Shown: positions 51,486 through 64,000 of the stretch, piece after piece
How the letters are laid out: each line of letters begins with the position of its first letter
Position numbering within the stretch: position 1 is the first letter of the stretch
NCBI GenBank assembly: GCA_964016885.1
Contig: OZ024740.1
Location: 120,962,001 to 121,026,000 of the forward strand
Direction: 5' to 3'
DNA from: Eledone cirrhosa
Lineage: Eukaryota
Length of the DNA stretch: 64,000 bases
Notes under the pieces: generated by a model
The model's input: only the letters and a program-made list of their open reading frames with translations
What the model was told of the DNA's origin: nothing
Databases searched by the model: none
Translations under genes and position numbers: made by a program

Positions 51486-53689
51486 CTTGTGTATATCTTT
51501 TCTCATTTACCTTCGTGTTTCATTCATCTTTTTCTTTCCTTCGTCCTTTATTTTTCTTTCCATAATCTCAAACCAGACCATCAATCAGCTAGTCAAAGCA
51601 AACAATACAACCACAAAAACCAATAACATCGACAACGACAATGACAAAGCCAACAATAACATAACAATCATAATACAAATTATAAACGTTCTTTTCCTCG
51701 CTATCAACCTTATCACCGATGGTTTGGAAGTCCTCAACAAAGAAAGAAAGGAAACACGAAATGGTAAATGAAGAGACGATATTAGAGAGTTAGTTAGATA
51801 AATGGATAGATAGATAGAGAGAACAAGGAGGTAAAGGGAGAAAGGGAGAGAGATGAAGAAAGAGAAAGAGAGAGAATCATAAAATGAATGCCGATAAGGG
51901 AAGATATTTCTCACAGAGAATCTGTATTTGGTGAGATTTCGTGACGGTCTGCAATTTCTCTCTTCAAACAATCCGCACGGTATTAAAGCTGAGAAACGTC
52001 TGCCTCTAACTTCACAGAATCCTTGTGACATGCAATAATATGTCGATATGAATAATTAGCCAAGCAGTTGATGGAACATAGTATAGAGAACATGCATTTC
52101 ATCTCGTTTGTGGAATTGTGTGTGTGTGTATACTGCAAATACGAGATTATATGCCTTCGATTTATGTCTGTATAATAATTATGAAGCTGGTGTGTTTAAT
52201 TAACAATGAATGCATTTGCCTACGTTGTTTCATGTATTGTTGAATTATATATGCGGGTATATTTGTATTTATAGTCGTATCTTACGTGAAAGTATGTATT
52301 GGATCGGTGTTACTTAAGAGAACACACATGCACGCATTTCCGAATAATTATTCACTTGTTTCAATACATGTTTGCACAAACATGCATACACACAAACGTT
52401 CACAGGCATCTATCTGTCCAAAAAAGATACACAAATATCGGCGAAAAAACAAAAAACCGTTAACAAGAGAAACATTGTTTTTGTTTTACAATTCCCTTTC
52501 TCATATATAGCACAAAATACAAATATTCTAACTCACTCCCAATACACATTAAATAGTACGATAATTTTGATAATAATTTTATCTGGATCTATCTAAAAGA
52601 TTATTTTACTCTATTCTAGGCAAACGTCAGAAATATAAAAATAGCTATATTTACTACCATTAATGGAAATATAAAAAATATTAAAATAAGGCTAAATCGA
52701 ATTAATGTAGCATTATCCTATCTCATCAAATTCTTTATTTCACAATCTCAAATATTAAATTGCCAGAACTACATTCCAAATCTATAGTTTCCTCTTCAGG
52801 ACAAGAAAATAATCTCTGTGATCAGTTGCTGATCTTCTATACAGCTGAAATGAGTCTCTATATAGAACAGCTTCGATTCTATACAGCTCACGTACACTGC
52901 TGGTGTTTGCTGCTCTTCCACATAGGAACAAAGTAGGCATAATCCAAAGGAAGATAATCCAGTTGTTTAGCACAGAATCATAAAGCTAAACAATGTAATC
53001 GTTGACTAAGTGATGCTCTGTTTCTCCTCACAGTAATTAATACAGCTACAGCAGCAACCTGTGATACTCTGGACCAGCTATTCTCAGCACGCCATTTATC
53101 TTGTCTCCTTTTCTCTCATCTTCTATCACCTCCCGTCCCAGAATTTCACACTTTGCCCAATGGAAATGCGACAAATTTATGATGTTTTCAGTTGCCACAT
53201 GTTCAAATTTTCCGGATAACGCCAGCCATTTTCTATCCACAGTCTCCAGATGTCGATCATACACGATAACGTACGATAGGAAAAACAAATTTTCAATGTA
53301 AACAACCATTCGTGATAGTGTCACTATTCTGTTAAGTTTATCAATACTTTATCAACCATTTTTTTTCAGTCGATCATTAGATCAAACGTTTTAAATTTCC
53401 GATACCATCCAGCAGTCCCAACTACTGGCGAAACGCGACTGGATTTGAATGCACAATGCACAGAGCCTTATGAGACAGCATAACGTATCCTCTCCGAAAT
53501 TTTACTAATTCCATCAATCATCGCTTTGGGACGAGTACTTTTATTTATCAACCTCGAAATGATGAGAGAACCGGTCGCGGTTCGTTTTGAACTCAAAGTG
53601 CAAGGGCCATAGAACAAATACTAATGCATTTACGTCTATACCATAACGACGCAGCCATTTCATCGCCTTTGGACGAGACAGAAAGCACA

Positions 53690-54800
53690 ACCTAGCGCCA
53701 ATAGTATCTGTTTCCCATCAAGGTGCGTATGACTTTCTTGTCAATTCCAGGGTATCTTGGTAAGGCTTTCTGGTAGAAGAGATCTCTCTAAACAACAGGT
53801 ATGAACCCATCCGATCTTCTGCCCGGAAGCAGTGACCAGCAAATATTGTACGACGTTCAATCAAACATGCATTTATTTTTGAACATTTCCGTATATCTGA
53901 TTAAGCGGGGGATTGGTCTGCCAATGACTGTTTTGAGCCTTTATCAGAAGGGTAGTGTAATATATATCGAAGCTGCTCTGTAGACGGGTGTGCAAGGACC
54001 AAGTCTGAGAACCATAGACAAAAGTATGCTCTACTCTTGTTCTAAACAGGCTGATTTTAAGTTTCTTTGGTATATTGGACTTCCAAATATTAATTATCCC
54101 ATTTACGAAATGCATTCCTTACCAGGGCTCTACGCATTGGACGTCATTGGAATTCATTATCATGGAACCAATTTACTTAATGACTTCTATTTGCTTTAAG
54201 GGTCACTTATTTACAGTGACTATGATAACATTAGATTCTGTTGCGATAAAACTCAGTTTTAGAGTTATTGCAATAAAGTCCAACATGAGCTGCAGCTGAT
54301 TCCAGTGCATGAACGACAGATTGGGTATTTGCTACTGAGTTTGTGGGAAGAGCCAAATCATGATCAATGACAAATTCAGCAAGATATCCCCTTCTTCTTC
54401 TGGGCTTAATCATTAACTCTTTCGTCTTATTATCATTTAATGAAATACGTAGAATATTGTCAAGATAGAACGAGCCCCTCCCCCCCCCCCCCCTCATAGA
54501 ATGACAGCCATTATATCGAAATATACTGTTTCGCCATCTTGGCTTATGACTCATGATTTCGTGCTGGTGTATAATACTCGTATTGCTTTAACTATCTTTG
54601 CTGGAATGCCATAAAGTGGCACTATGTATACATCAACTCTCGGTCGATTGAGCCAAACGCTTTCGTAAAATCCAGAAAAAATATGCAAAAATCTTTATTG
54701 TCATGGCTCATTTATCCATTCTCCGCAAGGACAGGATCTATTCCGTTTTAGAACCTCCTTTAAGAAATCCTTTTTGATTTCCCCTGAAAATGCCATTCCG
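53690..54800 (-). pseudogene. Old RTE-like LINE RT remnant
   Basis: IWKSNI..KLKISLF...VYGSQTW; DLAL....LESAA..VGL..N.SKT; FLDFTKAF. Confidence 0.75.
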
Positions 54801-55261
54801 GAAAGGAAAAATAATATAACCCCCTTTGTAGTTAAAGTGTGAGTAGAAAAATGCAATTCATTGGCAAGTGGAGGCATATTCTAAAAGCGTGTAACTATAT
54901 ATGATATATATATTGTTTCAGTATTTATGAGGAAGAATTAAAGTGCTAGATGCAGTATATTCTATATTGTTAAAATATCAGAGAATGATGATACATTAAC
55001 AACAGAAGCGTCTCATCTATCGTACATAATACTGTTCAAAAGATAATGAAATCAATACGCAATTTATGTTATACTACTTTCAATAAGATATATCCACCTG
55101 CGCGTAGACTTTAAAATAACGAAGTCGGTTGTAGAGTAATTTGAATTAAAATCAATTTGTTATGAAAATATCATATATATACACACACGGACACAGACAC
55201 ACACACACACGCACACAGGCATAGGCAGACAGATACACGCACACACAAACACACACACACA

Positions 55262-55296
<35 letters not shown>

Positions 55297-55436
55297 GGGT
55301 ATAATATATGAAACTCCAAACTCAAGTGTAAAGAGAAATTCAAATAGTTAAATGATTGGTATGCATAATTGCTTAGAAATTAGATCCTACATTTTCTATG
55401 AAGTTCATAATTCCTCAGCGCTTCGAAGGTTTGATG

Positions 55437-55482
<46 letters not shown>

Positions 55483-55499
55483 TTCCTGGATATGTCAAT

Positions 55500-55703
55500 A
55501 TTTATGAAACAAACGTTGCTTTTTATCTGATGAGAGCGTACCAAAGTGTTGGTACCCTTGAAATAAATATGGTTTTATAAATATAGTTTCCATTTATTTA
55601 ATATCATTGAATATTATACTCCAGAAAACTTGTCGAGTGCTTCGAATCAGTTATAAACATTTATATTTGTTGAATTACCAACAAATGAAATATCCCTTTT
55701 GCT
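55500..55703 (+). mobile_element. Family D short repeat with an HHR core (55521-55563) whose cleavage site is deleted
   Basis: Similar to 15380-15575; CTGATGA-gag-c-gtaccaa..ttggtac-c-ctt-GAAA. Confidence 0.65.
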
Positions 55704-55725
55704 TATATATATATATATATATATA

Positions 55726-55938
55726 TATGTAATAAACAACACAATATAATTATTCCATTACCCAAGGTTTCACGAAGTCAGTTGATTCTAACAGAGGCGT
55801 CTGAATCCGTTCATCAGATAGAAATCTTTATTTTACTGATTTCTCTCTGGTGAACGGATTCAGATGGTTCTGATAGAATCGCCTGACCTCGTAAAACCTT
55901 GGGTAATGTAATATTTATATTGCGTTGTTTATTACATA
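55726..55938. mobile_element. Fold-back element (about 100-bp arms, 11-nt loop) made almost entirely of two opposed HHRs
   Basis: 55726-55826 is inverted at 55838-55938; (TA)n flanks. Confidence 0.85.
55753..55823 (-). ncRNA. Type-I hammerhead ribozyme with extended stem II
   Basis: ttctat-CTGATGA-acgg[about 31 nt]tcgt-GAAA-cc-ttg-gg-TA-atggaa. Confidence 0.78.
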
Positions 55939-56069
55939 ATTAAATAGCTCTGTACTTTAGATAGAGCACTCTTCTTCTTTCCTTTACCTTTTCCACGGAA
56001 ATACTTTATATATATATATATATTAAGTATATATATATAAAGAAGTTTTAAAAAATTACAAAACAAAAA

Positions 56070-56258
56070 TAATTGTTTCTACTTTTGGCACAAGGCCAGC
56101 AATCACCCAGTGCATTACTAGTACTTTATTTTCTCGACCCCGTAAGGATGAAAGGCAAAGCTGACCTCAGCGGGATTTGAACTCAGTCCGTAAAGGGACG
56201 TAACTATACTGCAAAGCATAGCGTCCGACCCTCTACCGATACTGCCAATCCACCGCCC
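56070..56258 (-). mobile_element. tRNA-derived SINE
   Basis: Reverse complement of the 49799-49988 family. Confidence 0.85.
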
Positions 56259-56721
56259 TTCAAAACAAAAATAATAAACACAATTACATATATATGCACA
56301 TACTGTGGGATGGCCGTTAACTCTCATGAGTTCCTCCGCCATTGGATGGGTTGTACTTTTCATCCCGCAAGATGATCAAGATCAGCCTCCTCACAAAGAA
56401 AGCTTGCCAGTATACCCGCCAACGATCGAACGGTGCAAAGGGTCGTACTTGGTTAAATGTTACTAGAAGCACTGGAGAACGACCTGACTATAACTTTCCA
56501 CATTTTCATTTTATTTTTATTTTTCAAACACTTTGACTTTCCGTATGGATTCGCCAGGTAAAGGGCCTGAAATTACAATTGCGTGCTAATCAAATGTAAT
56601 AATGTGGGATTATCTTTGCTAAAATCCACTAACCGGTTCTTTCCTGGGAAGTGCACCTGATTTATCTTCTGTTGAACGCGAACACATCGTCTTGAGGAAA
56701 GACTCGTATATATATATATAT

Positions 56722-56940
56722 TTCGTTTCTGAATTTGTTTAGCAGGATTCTTTATCTGAAAACGTGTGTTGAAACCGATATTGTTATACTTTGGGAGGGT
56801 CATGTTGCTAATAAGAAACACACGCACCAGTTCCTTTCACTCCAATTTATTATAAACTAAATTTATAAATTTAAGAATTTATAAATTTATATATTTCCGG
56901 TTAACTGGTTGGTTCCACATATATTGTCAAAGTTCTTTCG
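56722..56940 (-). mobile_element. Family B PLE tail fragment (3' half of HHR to ORF start [19 protein letters not shown])
   Basis: ORF 56573-56827 translation; similarity to 13209-13370. Confidence 0.85.
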
Positions 56941-56964
56941 TATATATATATACATATATATTTA

Positions 56965-57140
56965 TCGGCTATTCCGACGGCTATTTCTGGACATAGCCGT
57001 CCAGAAATAGCCGTCGAATCGGCTTGAGCTCTGCCGTCGGGGTCCTGAACCTTGTCCGATTCCCCACTCTACTACCGTAAGTATCGAGTACTCTGGTGCG
57101 TTAAGGTCCATCTGGTTTCTTACAACACTTCCTTCGTTAT
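56965..57140 (+). mobile_element. Family E terminal fragment with an 18-bp fold-back hairpin (56975-57016)
   Basis: Matches 7317-7440 and 60373-60510. Confidence 0.8.
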
Positions 57141-59004
57141 GTTTATGTATATATATATATATATATATATATACATAGAGAGAGAGAGAGTGAGCTATAT
57201 TTGAAAATATATATATAAACGTATGTATTGCAGTGTTATACAATAAACATATAAGAACACTCGCTATCAAATAAAAATATTCTTTTGTTTTGAAAAAATA
57301 AATTTTCTTTTCGAGTTTATCACATTTCCAATTCGTTTTGAGAATGTGAAACATTGCTGATTCAAGATGTGTTAATCTTTAATCAGTGACACTCACTCAT
57401 CCCGTACTTGAATGGCAATAGACTAGAGTCTATATACCATTTTGTGTGGTGAACAATTTCTGGGCGAAAAAATATTTTTCTCTGATAGCGAGGCTACCCA
57501 TATGTTTATTGTATATAACCGTATAATGTATGTTTACTTATGTTTTCATATAGACTTTTATCATGCTGTCTCAGTGCTTACACAAATTATATATATATAT
57601 AATTATGTACATACTAAAAATATACAGTGTACATATATATATATATATACAAAGTGTGGGTTGGTTTGTGTACATTGTACACAAACCCACCCACACATTG
57701 TATTGTCCCTGCTCCTAGAGTCATCTCTAATATTTGCAGCCAAAGGAAACACCAAAGTAGTTAGTACAGATTATTCACTCTTCTTAAAACGGCAGGTGAA
57801 TATACAGTCGTTATGTGAGAAATCTAATAAACTGTTTCTATCGCTGGACAACGCTTAAGTATAATATAAATAGATAATGAAACAGCATGCGGATTTCAAC
57901 AAATATTTGAAAAAAATAAGATATATAATCTTGTCGGTGGGTCAGTGAATAGTTCAGTGTTTATCCGGTATAACTAACACCACCATGGCGTTACTGTAAA
58001 TATGGAAACGACAGTAAGTACTATGTCACACATAGATGCACTGTTGCCGAAAAATTCTTTATTTGGAAATAAACTGTGTTAATGTTGTTAATGGAATTAA
58101 TTAATGTACCATCACTGTTAGAGTTATTCAAACCACCAAACGGCCTGCTTATTAACGTAACTTGTATGTGTTGGAATATTCCAGATGTTCGGAGATGCAT
58201 GAGTCGTACTTCAGTAGGTATTCGACAAGATAAATTACAACAATATTCTATGTAGATTTGGAATTGACTCCACAAACACATTACAAACAGTGGTATTGCT
58301 TTGTGGCATACAGTAAACAGTCAATGCATATTTTCTGAACTTCGGTGTGATGTTGCTTCACACCAACATTTTAAGGTTTGAATAGAAATTTCTTCTCGAA
58401 ATATAATTTCCAAATCGAGTGTTTCCGGTGTGTGGTACTGGTTCTCTATCTCTACGATTTTATATTGTCAGAAAAATCTAAGTTACATAAAAGATGTGTA
58501 GATATGACTAAAACAATCTTTCGGAGAAATATTTAAATCATTTGAAAGTTTTCCATATTTCTAGGTACAAGGTCCGAACGCTCTTTCTACAACGGTTTCA
58601 AAAGAGCTACACTATTTCCTTGTTCATATTTTGCTGAAATGTTACCAACCAAAAGATTAAATATTTAACACACAAAAGCAATTCTTTGACAAAGAAGATA
58701 CTCAGATTCAACATTTATATTCGTTTCAAAACTCACACATGGAACATTATAAGCATATATAGTGCAAATCCGCATAGTTAATTTAAGATGCTACAGTGGT
58801 CTACCATTTCTTCTCGGAAAAACTAATTAATGTTTTCAAATTCACTCAATACGGGTCTCATAAAATATTAAATAATATTCAGTAATTATATAATATTTAA
58901 TTACACGGCATAACACTTGTTGTAACCTAAAACAAGCTACTTGTAAAATAATTCCAATGCACCCTGCTATATATTATATTATATTATATTATATTATATT
59001 ATAT

Positions 59005-59083
<79 letters not shown>

Positions 59084-59087
<4 letters not shown>

Positions 59088-60508
59088 GAAATAGATAGGA
59101 AAGAAAAAATACTGAGAGTGAAGAAAAGCAAATAAGTGTAAAGAAAAAAGTAAAGTAAATTAAATTCTACGACCTAGGTCTCAGGCTATTGTTAGGCTAG
59201 AATAAAATAAACAAATAAAGAAAGAAAGAAGTAAAGAAATAAATAAATAAAGAAATAACGAAATAAGTAAAAGAACTAGGTGGGACGAGATAGGCAAGGA
59301 CCCTTTTAAGAGGTATAAGTACGTAAATGATACGGTGACGGTAACTGCTATAAAGGGCGGAGTCCGCCAAATCTATCATAGACTAGGGGAGGGGGTGGCC
59401 CCATGTAGCCTTAGTACCCCCACCACCCCCTCCTCTAGTCTATGATAGATTTGGCGGACTCCGCCCTTTATAGCAGTTGGCTTAGACCCCGGATACTTGC
59501 CCCCTTTTTCCGACCGCTCCCACTTTTCTCTGTGCCCTCTATATTTCTTAGTGGCACTTATGCCTTATTTTTTCGTTTCAGTATTTCTTGCTTCGCTTTT
59601 CTTCTGGGCGGGGTGGATTCTGAATTTATTTCTCCGTATTCTACCTTTATTTCGTACGAACTTTCATGTAGCTTGTTTTAGATCTTTTAGAGTTAGCATT
59701 AGTATATTTTTCTCGGGACTCAGAATTATTATCTCGTACAAGTTCACTTTGCTGCACTGGGTCGTTGCTGGCCCGGGATGGAAACCTTTATTGTTTATTT
59801 CGTGGTAGTCTCTTTAGTATTTTGGCCCCTTTTGTTGATCCGTCACCGTATCATTTACGTACTTATACCTCTTAAAAGGGTCCTTGCCTATTCCGTCCCA
59901 CCTAGTTCTTTTACTTATTTCGTTATTTCTTTATTTCTTTATTTCTTTACTTCTTTCTTTCTTTCTTTATTTTATTCTAGCCTAACAATAGCCTGAGACC
60001 TAGGTCGTAGAATTTAATTTACTTTACTTTTTTCTTTACACTTATTTGCTTTTCTTCACTCTCAGTATTTTTTCTTTCCTATATATTTCTACCCCCCATT
60101 GTTCTACCTACCGTTCCGACTTCCTCCCCCTCCCCCTCCCCCTCCCCTGTATCTTCTTTGACCTCATGCCCAGCTGTAGCTGGCACTACCAACGCTTGAT
60201 TGGGTCTACTCCACCCCTCCCCTCTTTCTCCTACTGGCAGGTTTAGCCACCATCTCCCCTACTAATTTGCAACCACAGAATTACTACTGATTTTTGACAA
60301 TCACTTTGACCATATATGGAATTACCCCTTGAGAAGATCGGCTATTTAAATACCAGGATAAATTTTCATTTAGTCCAGAATTAGCCGTCGAAACGGCTTG
60401 AGCTCAGCTGTCGGGGTCTTACTGGTTCCTATTACCCACTCTACTACCTCAAGTATTGAGTACTTTGGTGCGTTATGGTCCACCTGGTTCCTTACCACAT
60501 TTCCTTCG

Positions 60509-60510
<2 letters not shown>
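59084..60510 (+). mobile_element. Family E non-coding fold-back insertion (3' UTR plus an internally deleted inverted arm)
   Basis: 59084-59340 pairs with about 59821-60091 and 59343-59398 pairs with 59422-59478; 59421-60510 matches the reverse complement of 5491-6570. Confidence 0.9.
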
Positions 60511-60548
<38 letters not shown>

Positions 60549-60716
60549 CAAGAAAGTAGTACTTCATAATCGAAGCTCTGGTTGCGGCAAGCTAACGAAT
60601 GCTGTCGGGAAGTGCAGCCAAATGTACTCAATAAGTAATTTTACCTTAGAGTTATAACATTACATTTAGACAGCTATGCAAATTGAAGCCAGCGACCGAA
60701 ATGCGAGCTGCTAAAA

Positions 60717-60760
<44 letters not shown>

Positions 60761-60798
60761 AGGAGGTTATAGTTCACTTGAAGCATTGTGTAATGAGG

Positions 60799-61148
60799 TA
60801 TAAACGTTTGTATATGTATAATGAAGCCAAAACAATGCAGGTATGGACATAGAATAAAGAATGCAAATGCAAAAGATATTGTGGACAATTAGTCTTTTAC
60901 CTTAGATTTATTTAAATGTCCTTAATTTTCCAGATAATATCTCTTCTTGACTTGGCAAGCTATTTAGAACACTGGATTAACAGCTTTACTTCCCTCTGAA
61001 GAAGAGATATTATCTCGGAAATTAAGGACATTTAAATAAATCTAAGGTAAAAGACTAATTGTCAACAATATCTTTTGCATTTGCATTCTTTATTCTATGT
61101 CCATACCTGCATTGTTTTTGCTTTATTATACATATACAAACGTTTATA
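60799..61148. mobile_element. Fold-back element (150-bp arms) with a minimal HHR-like motif at 60993-61027
   Basis: 60799-60948 is inverted at 60999-61148; cct-CTGAAGA-a-gagat-att-atctc-GGAA-at-TA-agg (the other arm retains GAAA). Confidence 0.85.
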
Positions 61149-61169
61149 TATATATATATATATATACTA

Positions 61170-61854
61170 TAAATTATGTCCTTAGAATCATTTGATAAGA
61201 TATATACTCAATTTACTCTCCCAATCAACATAATCAACCACACAAAAGAAACAATTAAACCAGGCTATAATATTAAAAGGCACATGTGAAGAAATAATAC
61301 ATAAATAAACGATAGCCATTTATTCGCGATCAACAGCCAAAGAATATTTACCCAACATTTCAATAGCATGTGGAAATCGATTAAATATATCGTCAAGCAT
61401 ACACAATTAGTTATAAAATTAAAGTTAGAAGAAAAAATGCATATACACATACAAGGATTACGTTTCTACCCTTAGGGTTTCGTTCGCTTTCGGAAATATC
61501 CTTCAAAGATAAATTCTCGAACTTCGAACTCATCAGGAAACAAACTCACTAGGACAAAGATTTTTCTTAAATGATCCCCGCCAGAAACCAATTCAAAATG
61601 GCTAAGAGCTGTGACGTGGCAGTGGTCAATTCAGAAAGAATGTGATTAGTGCCTTACAGCTAGTAGGCTGGTTGCTAGAAAGCGCAGCCTAATATTGCCC
61701 AAATTACATCTCAACCTTATGGGAGATTAGCAAATATAAAGATTTACATATACACAAACTAGATAAAGTTATAGATATGTTTTTGGCAAACATATATATA
61801 TATATATATAGATATATATGGTTGCCAAAAACATATTTATAACTTTATCTAGTT

Positions 61855-61863
<9 letters not shown>
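61170..61863 (-). mobile_element. Family G HHR-bearing repeat ending in a fold-back hairpin (61748-61863)
   Basis: Second copy at 32395-32722; terminal palindrome with a (TA)n centre. Confidence 0.75.
61462..61541 (-). ncRNA. Intact type-I hammerhead ribozyme with extended stem II and a 3-bp stem III
   Basis: gtttc-CTGATGA-gttcg[38 nt]cgaac-GAAA-ccc-taa-ggg-TA-gaaac. Confidence 0.88.
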
Positions 61864-61926
<63 letters not shown>

Positions 61927-62137
61927 TATATAAATATATATATGATATTGATTCCGTGTTTCGCTGAGTCAATGCTTAAGATTTAAGTTATTTTATATAT
62001 TTCTTAGATTCCTTTACGATCGTTTCCGAGGGTTGATCATATTGATATATTCACTGATCTAGAGAGCTCTATACTATCATACAACATATATGGGTTCGAT
62101 CATACCGATCATATATAATAATAATAATAATAATAAT

Positions 62138-62210
62138 AATTGTTTCTACTCTTGGCACAAGACCAGCAATTACCCAGTGTATTACTGGTACTTTATTTTA
62201 TCGACCCCGT
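62138..62210 (-). mobile_element. 3' fragment of the tRNA-derived SINE
   Basis: Matches the SINE 3' body and (ATT)n tail. Confidence 0.75.
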
Positions 62211-62269
62211 AATAATAATAATTATATGGACGAGGTGTTACATTTTCTTTACATTTCTCTCTCTCTCTT

Positions 62270-62302
<33 letters not shown>

Positions 62303-62815
62303 CTTTATATCCGCTTTCTATTGAATTATCGCTTTGAAATATATATTTAATGTTATGGGTATCGAGTGACAGATTACTTCAATGTTTATTCAGTTAACTT
62401 CCGGTATGAATCAATTACTTAATTGATGCCTCATGGGATGAAAATAATAAATCGATGAGTTTGAAATCGATCTTAATAGATCTATACCTCCCTTGGAGTT
62501 TGGCCAAGGAAGATAAACATATTACTCTTACTGCTTCATGAAGTGGAATAATAGGAAGAAGGTAAAACGAAAAAGAAGGAAAGAAAAAAGGAAAAACGGA
62601 AAGTAAAGAAGAGAGAACAGAGATGCCATTATAGACTATTCACACATTCTTAGTTTATAAAAAATTGCGAAAAAATCTTAGTAATCGTGTAATTCAGTTT
62701 AGATGTAAATAAGTCATGTTTTACTTTTATTTGTCTGGAAAAACTTTCATAGCTAAAATCTATCTTTCTGTCTATCAGTCTATTCTCTCTTGCTATCCGT
62801 ATACGCGCGCGCACG

Positions 62816-62935
<120 letters not shown>

Positions 62936-62965
62936 AATATTATTTTAATTAAAGGTTAATTAGTC

Positions 62966-63046
<81 letters not shown>

Positions 63047-63133
63047 TATATATAAATATATATATATATACACACATATATATATATATATATATAATAT
63101 AAGATCAAAAGATGGTTAAAGGAGTTCCATATA

Positions 63134-63200
63134 TTTTATTATGCGCATTTCAAAAACAAACATCATCATGCAATAGTATCTGTGTTTTCATCAGATAAAA
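63134..63200 (-). ncRNA. Type-I hammerhead ribozyme
   Basis: ttttat-CTGATGA-aaaca...tgtttt-t-GAAA-tgcgca-TA-ataaaa. Confidence 0.78.
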
Positions 63201-63327
63201 CAGGAGAACATGATATGAAGGCTAAAAAACACTTGTGAATAGTGCAGTTTTAAATCAACATATGTTGATTTAAAACTGCACTATCCACAAGTGTTTTTTA
63301 GCCTTCATATCATGTTCTCCTGTTTTA
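63196..63327. repeat. 132-bp palindrome with no loop
   Basis: Centre AACAT|ATGTT at 63261/63262; one mismatch seen. Confidence 0.95.
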
Positions 63328-63329
63328 CC

Positions 63330-64000
63330 TTCTAATACCAGAACAAGAACTCTCCCTCCCACAGTCCACAAAGGTCGTCAAATCCTACCCAAACCATCAT
63401 CTACACTTTCACAACACACACACCCACATTCCCACCCACTCGAAACCCCATCATTTGCCGCTACTCTCTACGCTATAGAATATGTACGGATAGTGGCTGC
63501 AAATTCACCCATTTACCTAGGACAAAACGATCTATCCCCACAAACAGCCACCACCATAATACATACTCTAATTTAACACCAACACAACCACCAATAACTC
63601 AAACAAGGAATCCACAAATCTGCCGCTTTTCCCTGCGAGACAGATTGTGTTTAGACCGGGATTGTCCCTTTACCCATCTCCCGGGGACCCGTCGGACAAA
63701 TGAAAATAAAATTAAAAATAAAAGCAAAAACAAAAACCATAACCTACATAAAAATAACCACTACCACAGTCACCAACAGTCTTCTAAACAGGAAACTTCT
63801 TCCTCTTTTTTAGCCATAATGAATCTGGCAAAAGAACTGGAAAAAAACATTCGAGCTATCACCCCACTGCACAAACTCCCATTGCTGCCATTAACAAACA
63901 AACAAATTAACAACACACCAAAACAATTAAAACCATCCACTCTCGCCTCTACATTTTTGCTTAACGCCCAAGGCATCAGCCCTTCCACCAATACTCAAAA
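63330..64000 (+). mobile_element. Probable CR1/L2-like LINE: end of ORF1 and start of ORF2, continuing beyond the window
   Basis: PQICRFSL...CL...CPF-H CCCH-like motif (about 63610-63690); FLLNAQGI APE-start-like motif (about 63955). Confidence 0.5.

Noticed and set aside
52782-53324. Possible host exons (ORFs 52782-52973 and 53046-53324)
   Set aside because: No recognisable domain or consistent splice structure
55388-55418. Minus-strand CTGAGGA-tatga/tcata-GAAA core
   Set aside because: No stem I or stem III pairing found
62009-62033. Minus-strand GAAA-cgatcg-TA half motif
   Set aside because: No CUGANGA partner nearby

Overview
AT-rich, microsatellite-dense animal genomic DNA; the tRNA-type SINE family suggests an octopus or other cephalopod (inference). 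I found no supportable intact host gene. The window is a nest of retroelements, mostly sitting in (TA)n tracts. It holds (1) two large Penelope-like elements (PLEs; RT plus C-terminal GIY-YIG) of one family, at 1455-5419 with an open ORF and a large inverted arm, and at 22446-27277 as a decayed copy with pLTRs; (2) fragments of several other PLE families; (3) a full-length, frameshifted RTE-like LINE with an 11-bp TSD; (4) a Tx1/L1-like LINE with a (TATC)3 TSD and its RT core deleted; (5) the start of a CR1/L2-like LINE, an RLE-LINE remnant, a mariner relic and two SINE families. The main signal from reading the sequence is about 20 type-I hammerhead ribozyme (HHR) motifs from roughly ten unrelated sequence families, several with long structured stem-II insertions. 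These co-occur with about 17 fold-back (inverted-repeat) insertions whose arms run from 18 bp to more than 1.4 kb. One inverted piece starts at a predicted HHR cleavage site, and one non-coding element appears circularly permuted. All RNA folds and alignments were done by eye and need computational confirmation.
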